Shown in pieces: positions 56,701 to 64,000 of a DNA stretch of 64,000 nucleotides. The translations under genes were made by a program, and so were the position numbers. Position 1 is the first letter of the stretch. Every line of letters starts with the position of its first letter. The DNA is taken from assembly GCF_009914755.1 (NCBI RefSeq), contig NC_060943.1; one strand, given 5' to 3'. Origin of the DNA: the human T2T-CHM13v2.0 reference genome, Homo sapiens. The notes below the pieces were generated by a model. That model searched no databases and was not told the origin of the DNA. It saw only the letters and a list, made by a program, of their open reading frames with translations.

Positions 56701-58770
56701 GTGTGTTACCTGCCGACAGCACAATGCGAGGCAGGGTTCAGCCATTCTGCCCGGCATACAAGCTTATGAAGCAGCCCCCTTTGAAGATCTCCAGGTGGAC
56801 TTCACAGAAATGCCAAAGTGTAGAAGTAACAAGTATTTACTAGTTCTCGTGTGTACCTACTCTAGGTAGGTGGAGGCTTATCCCACACGAACTGAGAAAG
56901 CTCATGTGCTTCTTCGAGATCTTATTCCTAGATTTGGACGGCCCTTACGAATCAGCTCGGATAACGGGCTGGAGTTTGTGGCTGACTTAGTACAGACGAC
57001 AGCAAAGGTATTAAAGATCACGTGGAAACTGCATGCTGCCTTCTGACCTCAGAGTTCTGGAAAGGTGGAGTGAATGAATCGGATTATCAAAAATAGCTTA
57101 AGGCCTTAGGAAAAATTACACAAATGATTTCAGCCCAGGTAAATGAGAGATGCCCCATTAGCTTATTCTCCCCAGTTCACTCTTTCTCCCCGGGTGATTG
57201 AGTGTGGATCAAGGACTGGAACGTAGCCCCTGTGTGCCCCCACTGGAAAGTACCCCAGACCGTCATCCTGACCACTCCCACCGCTGTGAAGGTAGAAGGA
57301 ATCCCGGCCTGGATCCACCACAGCCATATAAAACCTGCAGCGCCTGAAACCTGGGAGGCAAGGCCAAGCCCAGATAACCCCTGCAAAGTGACCCTGAAGA
57401 AGACGACAAGCCCTGCTCCAGTCACACCCGGAAGCTGACTGGTCCTACGCACAGTGGAAGCATGAGGAAGCTCATCGTGGGACTCATTCTTCTTAAATTT
57501 TAGACTTGTACAGTAAAGGCTTCAACTGACCTTCCTCAAACTAAGGACTGTTCCCAGTGTATTCATCAGGTCACTGAGATAGGACAGCAAATTAAAACAA
57601 TCTTTCTGTTCTATAGTTATTATGAATGTACAGGCACGTTAAAAGGATCTTATTTGTATAATTCCACTCAATACAAGGTACGTAGCCCAGGAAATGACAA
57701 ACCTACTATGGGTTATAACCCATCTAAGCCTCCTGCAACCACCGTTTTTCAAATAAGATTAAGAACTGGTCCTTTCCTAGGTGACACAAGTAAAATAATA
57801 ACTAGAACAGAAGAAAAAAGAATCCCCAAACAAGAAACTTTAAATTTGATGCTTGTGCAGCCATTAATAGTAACAAGCTCAGATTAAGATGTGGCTCTCT
57901 TAACTAAGAAAGGAGCTGCACAGTAGAAAATAAATGTTTGTCATGAGGCAGAGGTCTGTGAAAATTTGCCTGTTGCCCATGTGTTATTTAGGCTACTTAG
58001 AAAAATGACAAAAAAGACCCGGTTCACTTTCAAAAAAAAGAAGCCAACCCCTCCTGTGCTAGCAGTCACTGTAACCCACTAGAACTAATAATCACTAATT
58101 CCCTAGACCCCCGTTAGAGAAAAAGAGAAGGTGTAATCCTGACGGTCAATAGGACAAGGGTAACCCCCCAAGTTGCCATTTTAGTCCGAGGGGAGGTCCC
58201 CAGGCCCTTTCCCAAACCAGTGTTTCAAGCCTTTTATAATGAGCTAAATCTGCCAGCACCAGAGCTTCCAAAAAAGACAAGGAACTCGTTTCTCCAGTTA
58301 ACGGAAAATGTAGCTCATTCCCTCAATGTTGCTTCTTGTTATGTACGCGGAGGAACTACTGTTGGAGACCGATGGCCTCAGGAAGCCCGAGAGTTGGTGC
58401 CCACTGATCCAGTTCCTCACACAATTCCAGCTCAGAAGGCCCAAACTAGCAACTTCTAGGTCCTAAAAACCTCAGTTATTAGACAATACTATGTAGCTAA
58501 GGAAAGAAAAAACTTCAGCAACCCCGTAAGAAAGCTCAATTGTCTAGGACAGAAGTTGTATACAACAGCACAACAAGGACAGTCACTTGGTGAGGCTTAA
58601 ACCACACTGAAAAGAACTCATTACGTAAATTTTCTAAATTACAGACTGCCTAGGCTCATCCAGAATTTCATTGAGACTGGACGGCCCCCGCTGGACTATA
58701 CTAGTCCAGGCACAGAGACTATACTATACTATACTAGTCCAGGCACAGGCTATACTAGTCTGTAGGCACA
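53737..58770 (+). mobile_element. Defective HERV-E provirus in ZNF816 intron 1 (antisense): gag mostly deleted, pro-pol with stops, env SU fragment from ATG 57462, no TM and no 3' LTR
   Basis: NC knuckle CAYCKEIGY*KDKC (about 53935-53978); protease IDTSAEHSVV; RT QGFKNSP and LQYVDDLL (about 55070-55100); RNase H SAQKAELIAL/IYTDSRYAF; integrase HHCC and LQVDFTEM; GPY/F-like WIHHSHIKPA; env signal MRKLIVGLILLKF. Confidence 0.92.
53742..53759 (+). promoter_or_regulatory. Primer-binding site, tRNA-Glu
   Basis: TGGTTCCCTGACTTGGAA, 16/18 identical to TGGTTCCCTGACCGGGAA. Confidence 0.85.
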
Positions 58771-58959
58771 GAGACCCATCTCCAACAACAAAGAAGAAAA
58801 GTTAAAATCTGGGTCCTGGCTCTGGGAATCTAAGGCCAATTAATGTGAACTTTGCAAAACTAGACCAAAAGGAATAACCCCATCTCCCCACCCGTAGTAA
58901 CAAAGGATCAAAGGGTACTCTCCCTGTAGCCCTCCCACTTCCACCACGTCTCAGATGGA

Positions 58960-59620
58960 AAGGGAAAGAGCCCAGGAGTGGCCACAAAGCACCGGCCACC
59001 CTGGGGCTGCGGGGCTGCAACGCTGCGCTCCAGGGGCCGACTAGAGCGAGGCTGGGAAGCGCTCTTGCCCAGGGCAAGAATCCAGCTCCGGGTGAGGACT
59101 TGAAACAGCGCGAGGCGGGAGGACGCGTCAGAAAGGGTTTTGCTAAGGAAAGTTTCGCGACAGGAGGTGTCTGCACGGCCCCACTGCAGAAAGACCGGGG
59201 ACGGGACCAGCCTCAGGGCAACTTTAAACTCAAAAGGAAGCGACTCACGGACTCTCACCCGGACGTTTCAATTTGCTCTGGGTTGAGAAAAGAGGGGCCG
59301 GAACCTGCAGGTCTGTGGGGACCCCACGTCCCCTATATAGCAGCACCAGACAACTAGGAAACGCACACGCCGCCGTGCAACTTTCAGTCCACGCCATCCG
59401 CTTCCGGGTCTGTGCCAATCGGCGCAGGACAGAAGCGGGACCTGGGCCAGATCCCCGAGAGGTGGGCGGGGCCTGGGCGAGGCCGGGGCGGGGTGCAAAG
59501 GACAAGGGGCCCGGCGCGGAAGAGAAGAGTCTTGGGCTGGGAGGAGTCCGCGGGGGCGGGAAAGGGGCGGGGCCTGAGCTTTTCTCCATCTCGCTCTCCG
59601 CGCCTCTGTTTTCAAGGTTT
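58960..59620 (-). promoter_or_regulatory. ZNF816: ZNF816 CpG island, promoter and non-coding exon 1 (donor at 59367/59366)
   Basis: GGCGT|gtgcgt at the position homologous to the other two donors; ETS CCGGAAGCGG near 59400; GC boxes 59463-59572. Confidence 0.78.
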
Positions 59621-60241
59621 TAGAGGTGAAACCCGCCAGTGAGGCTGGAGCAGCTCAGCAGTCAGGGAAATAGTACCTCCCTGAGAAGTCGCCGTGTGGC
59701 GGTAATTGGATCCGGGAAAGTTCCTTGCTATTGAAATTTATTTTAGCAATTTAATTCCAAAGCCTGGAAGTTGTCTACGGCAGGAATGCAAACTAGAATG
59801 CGAAATGCAAAGCCTTGCCTGAGCGAAAGGTACAATTTCATGCTGACGGTCCACAGAACAGAATAGAAATCCTCTCCCTTTCAATTCTCCATTCACTGGA
59901 GTGGGAGAGTCCACACTGTGCTCAGCTCCTGAGACTTCCCTAGGGCCACCGTCTGGGGTGCGGAGCAGAGGAGTGTGCTTAAACACAGCAGGGATGCGGG
60001 CGGGGTGGCAGGAGTCTGGGGTCCCCGCTACTCAGGAAGCAGGGGCGAGAGGATCGCTGAGCCTGGAGTTCCAGGCCAGCCTGGGCGACAAAGTAAGACC
60101 CTCTATCCCAGAGCTCCCTCCTCCGTCTCAATAAACAAAAAAGTGATTTAAAAAAAGCACTGACATTGTAACAGTGCATATAAGTTGCCCAGTTGTTTCT
60201 TACGTTTATTATTTCATGCTGCACTTAAAATGAGTTATTTT

Positions 60242-60984
60242 TGTCGTGGAAAAGAATCAAACTGTAAAATATCTTAAGAGATTTATTCTAAGCTAAATAT
60301 GAATGACCCTCAGGAGGTCCTGAGAACATGTGTCCAAGGTGATGGGGAACAGCTTGTTCTTAGACATTTTAGGGAGGCATTAGACATCAATCAAATACAT
60401 TTAAGAAATACGCTGCTTTGGTTCAGAAAGGAGGGGCAACTCAAAGCGGGGACTTCTGGGCTACAGGTAAATTGAAACATTTTCTGATTGACAATTGGTT
60501 GAGTTTGTCTAAATACCTGGGATCAACGGAGAGGAAATGTTCACGTTAAGGTAAAAGATTGTGGAGACCAATGTTGTTTTCAAGTCTTCTATTGGCTGCC
60601 CTTAGAGATAATAGATGATAAGTGTTTTCTATTCAGACCTTTAAACAGTGCGAGATTCTTACTTAATCTCTTCAGGATTGGTAGGGCCTAGAAGAAAAAG
60701 ATCTAGCTATGTTAACAGAGATTCTTTACAAATGCACATGTACCCCTCACAAAGAACAGCTTTGCAGGACCATTTCAAAATATGGCACAGAAACATGTTT
60801 TGGGGTAAAATATTTTGACTTTCTTCTTTGTCACGTTATTCCAGAGTCAGACTGGAAAGTAAGACAGGATATATAGGACTAAATAAAACCCATCTGATGA
60901 GTATTTATGGTTTGTAGGGCATGACTCCCCAGACCCTTTAGATAGGAATTTGGGCAAGAGAAAAAAATTAGACCTTGGTCCTCA
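60242..60984 (-). mobile_element. Solo MER4-group LTR (MER4D/E-like)
   Basis: Minus strand TGAGGACCAAGGTCTAATTTTTTTCTCTTGCCCAAATTCCTATCTAAAGGGTCTGGGGAGTCATGCCCTACAAACC...CA. Confidence 0.75.
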
Positions 60985-62311
60985 TTCTCAAATTCTTTTT
61001 TTAAAAAATAATTCCTAAGTGTATTGTAATATCAAATTCACTTTACGTGCCTTCTGAAAATAAGTAGAAAATGTACTTTTTATCTTCAAGTTGTAATTTT
61101 TTTTTCCCTAGAAACAGGACCTAGTTCTGACACCCAGGATGGAATGCAGTGGTGGGAACACTGCCCACTGCAACCTCAACCTCTGGGGCTCAAGCAATCC
61201 TCCCGTCTCACCTCCCAACTAGCTGGGGCCACAGGCCCTCACCACCAGGCCTGGCTAATTTTTTAATATTTTGTAGAGTCGGGGGTCCACTATGATGCTT
61301 AGGCTGGCCTTGAACTCCTGTACTCAAACAATCCTCCCACCTTAGCTTCCCAAAGTGTTGGGATTAAAGGCGAGCTACCACACCCATCCAATTGTAATCT
61401 ATTTTGGGTGTTTTCTTTGTTGTTCTCTCCTAAGTGTTCTATCAGGTGTGAACAACAAAGGCTGTAAAATAGGCAGTCTTCAAACATTGGGATTTATTTT
61501 CATATAGAGAATAATTATGAGATATTACTAAGGATACATTGCAGTCAGGTTATTCTGTTTTACGTGGGCCCTGAAGAAAATATAACTAAATTACAAAATT
61601 GGCTGGGTGTGATGGCTCACACCTGTAATCCCAGCACTTTGGCAGGCCTAGGCGAATGGATCACCCTGAGGTCAGGAGTTTGAGATCAGCCTGGCCAACA
61701 CAGCGAAACCCCATCTGTACTAAAAATACAAAAATTAGCTGGGCATGGTGGCATGCGCCTGTAATCTCAGCTACTCAAGAGGTTGAGGCAGGAGAATTGC
61801 TTGAGCCCAGGCAGCAGAGGTTGCAGTGAGCTGACATCTCACCATTGCACTCCAGCCTGGGCAACAGAGTGAGACTGCATCTCAAAAAAAGAAAAAAAAA
61901 ATTATAAACTTTTACATCACCGCATTTCTGCATGCAATAATTTTATGGCAATATCTGTAAGTTAACATGTACTATGAACTATATTTTTCACTCACATCCC
62001 TAGTTATCGAAGGTTTCATTTATCAAATACTAGTAATTAGCTAAAACATAATTATGTTTAGGAAGAAATTAGCATATCTAAAATATTAGCAAGTTTAAAA
62101 AAGCATAATGTGGCCAGGCATGGTGGCTCGTGCATGTAATTCCAGCATGATGGGAGACCGAAGCAGAAAGATAGCTAGTGGCCAAAAGTTGGAGACCAGC
62201 CCAGGCAACATGGTGAAACCTCATCTTTATATTTTAAATATTTATGTATCTATGTATTCATTTATTCATCTTTGAGATGGAGTTTCATTCTCATTGCTTA
62301 GGCTGGAGTGA

Positions 62312-62595
<284 letters not shown>

Positions 62596-62952
62596 TAGGA
62601 ATAAAATGGGAGGCAGGTTTGTCTGACACAGTTCCCAGCCTGACTTTTCTCTTTGGCTTAGTAATTTTTAAGCTTCTTTCACAACCTTCTGACAGACATA
62701 ATGCTTTGACACACTGATATTGGTTTATATAGATTTTCCAAAACAGTAAAGTCCAAGGGTCTATCCTGAACTGGGTTAGCGGAGGCGAGAAGATTCCCAG
62801 AAGACTCCTGATCTCAAGCAATCCTCCCACCTCAGCCTCCGAATGTGTGAGGACCACAAGTGTGATCCACTGAACCCAGTGGAGTCTCCATCTCAAAAAA
62901 AACCAAAAAGCAATACGGGAATTAAGGTACTCTATGGAATTACATCATTTGA

Positions 62953-63367
62953 CTTTTTTTTGAAATGAAAAGCCTCACATATTTATTACTGAACCCAGCC
63001 AACCAACATGTTCATAACAGATTCAGAGAGAAAAAATATATTCCCAATAAAACATGTCCAACTCTCCAGATAATGGTGACATTTTCTGCTTGATATGGTA
63101 ACGTGATTGTAATGCTCAGACAGCATAAAAATGTGTGCCATCTCATGTACAATTCCTTATAGACACGGATTGGTTCTTCTCCAATGTCTCCTTTTAAAGT
63201 TGTACCTGATTTTATTACCAGTTTTCATCTGAATCCACTGGGGAATGGAACAATTTTGCTTTTTTTCTTGGCCAGGAATTGCTTAATCCTGATAGTCTTA
63301 TGAGAAGATCTGGTGAGAAGCAGAGTCAAGTACACACCATGATGGTGGAGAAAGGAAGAGAAGGGGC
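62953..63367 (-). pseudogene. RPL39 processed pseudogene, full length but with ATG lost and a frameshift
   Basis: 5' pyrimidine tract, CACC AGA TCT in place of [24 protein letters not shown]..., then ATGAAAACTGGTAATAAAATCAGGTACAAC...CATTGGAGAAGAACC, 3' UTR and poly(A). Confidence 0.92.
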
Positions 63368-63373
63368 TTGACA

Positions 63374-63404
<31 letters not shown>

Positions 63405-64000
63405 GAGAGAAAGTTTCACTCTTGTTGCCCAGGCTGGAGTGCAATGGCACTATCGGTTCACTGCAACTTCCACCTCCTGGGTTCAAGCGATTCTCCCACC
63501 TCAGCCTCCCAAGGAGCTGGGATTACAGGTGTCTGCGACCATACCTAGCTAATTTTTGTATTTTTAATAGAGATGGCATTTCACCATGTTAACCAGCCTG
63601 TTCTCAACCTCCTGACTATTGTTTCTGCTGTTAGCTGTCAGTCCTCTTCATCACGGCACAAACAAGATTATTGTTTTTCTCTGAAACTGATGTGGATGGT
63701 CTGCCTGCTGCTCCACGTGTAACCTTCAACATTGTCTTCTCCCAACTCAAAATTAGTTATCCATTTACAAACTGTTGATTTCTTTTGGGCATCGTCCCCA
63801 TAACCTTTTCATAAAGCATCAATGATATCATAATTCATCTACCCAAACTTTACCATAAGTATTCTTTTTTTGAGACATGCTGGAGTGCAGTGGCAAGATC
63901 ACAGCTCACTGCAGCCTCGACCTCCCAGGCTCATGCCATCCTCATGCTACAGACTCCACAGTAGCTGGCCCTGCAGTCAGGTGCCACCCTGCCCAGTGAA

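Noticed and set aside
57462-58770. Possible domesticated env (the ERVV genes lie in this chromosomal region)
   Set aside because: Stop at codon 14, many further stops and frameshifts, and no TM domain.

Overview
Human (or near-human primate) genomic DNA from the 19q13.41 KRAB zinc-finger cluster. Three tandem minus-strand paralogous units are present. ZNF888 has coding exons 16382-16396, 13724-13850 and 4686-6700 (718 aa, KRAB-A plus 17 C2H2 fingers). The pseudogene ZNF321P has a promoter near 39.1 kb, no KRAB exon, and a frameshifted, truncated finger exon at about 24955-25931. ZNF816 has coding exons 52559-52621, 49283-49409 and 46351-48116 (651 aa, KRAB-A plus 14 canonical fingers and 1 atypical one). 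Each unit has a homologous GC-rich promoter. The window is dense in Alus and ERV sequence: a Harlequin/HERV-E element with LTR2B, a solo LTR2B inside the ZNF888 promoter, LTR13A, three HML-2 LTR5A-type solo LTRs, a deleted HERV-E provirus in ZNF816 intron 1, a poly(A)-tailed LTR7 fragment and MER4-group LTRs. There are also two copies of an RPL39 processed pseudogene. I see no new biological system. The most interesting signals are evolutionary or regulatory: a TSD-less LTR5 sitting exactly where ZNF321P lost its KRAB exon, in-frame splicing that would give a KRAB-only ZNF816-ZNF321P protein, an APOBEC3G-like TGG>TAG pattern in the HERV-E provirus, independent truncation of two paralogs at the same finger, a recent 4-finger duplication with changes at base-contacting residues, and an orphan plus-strand promoter with a perfect splice donor. 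Gene and repeat names come from recall of the sequences, not from a database search.
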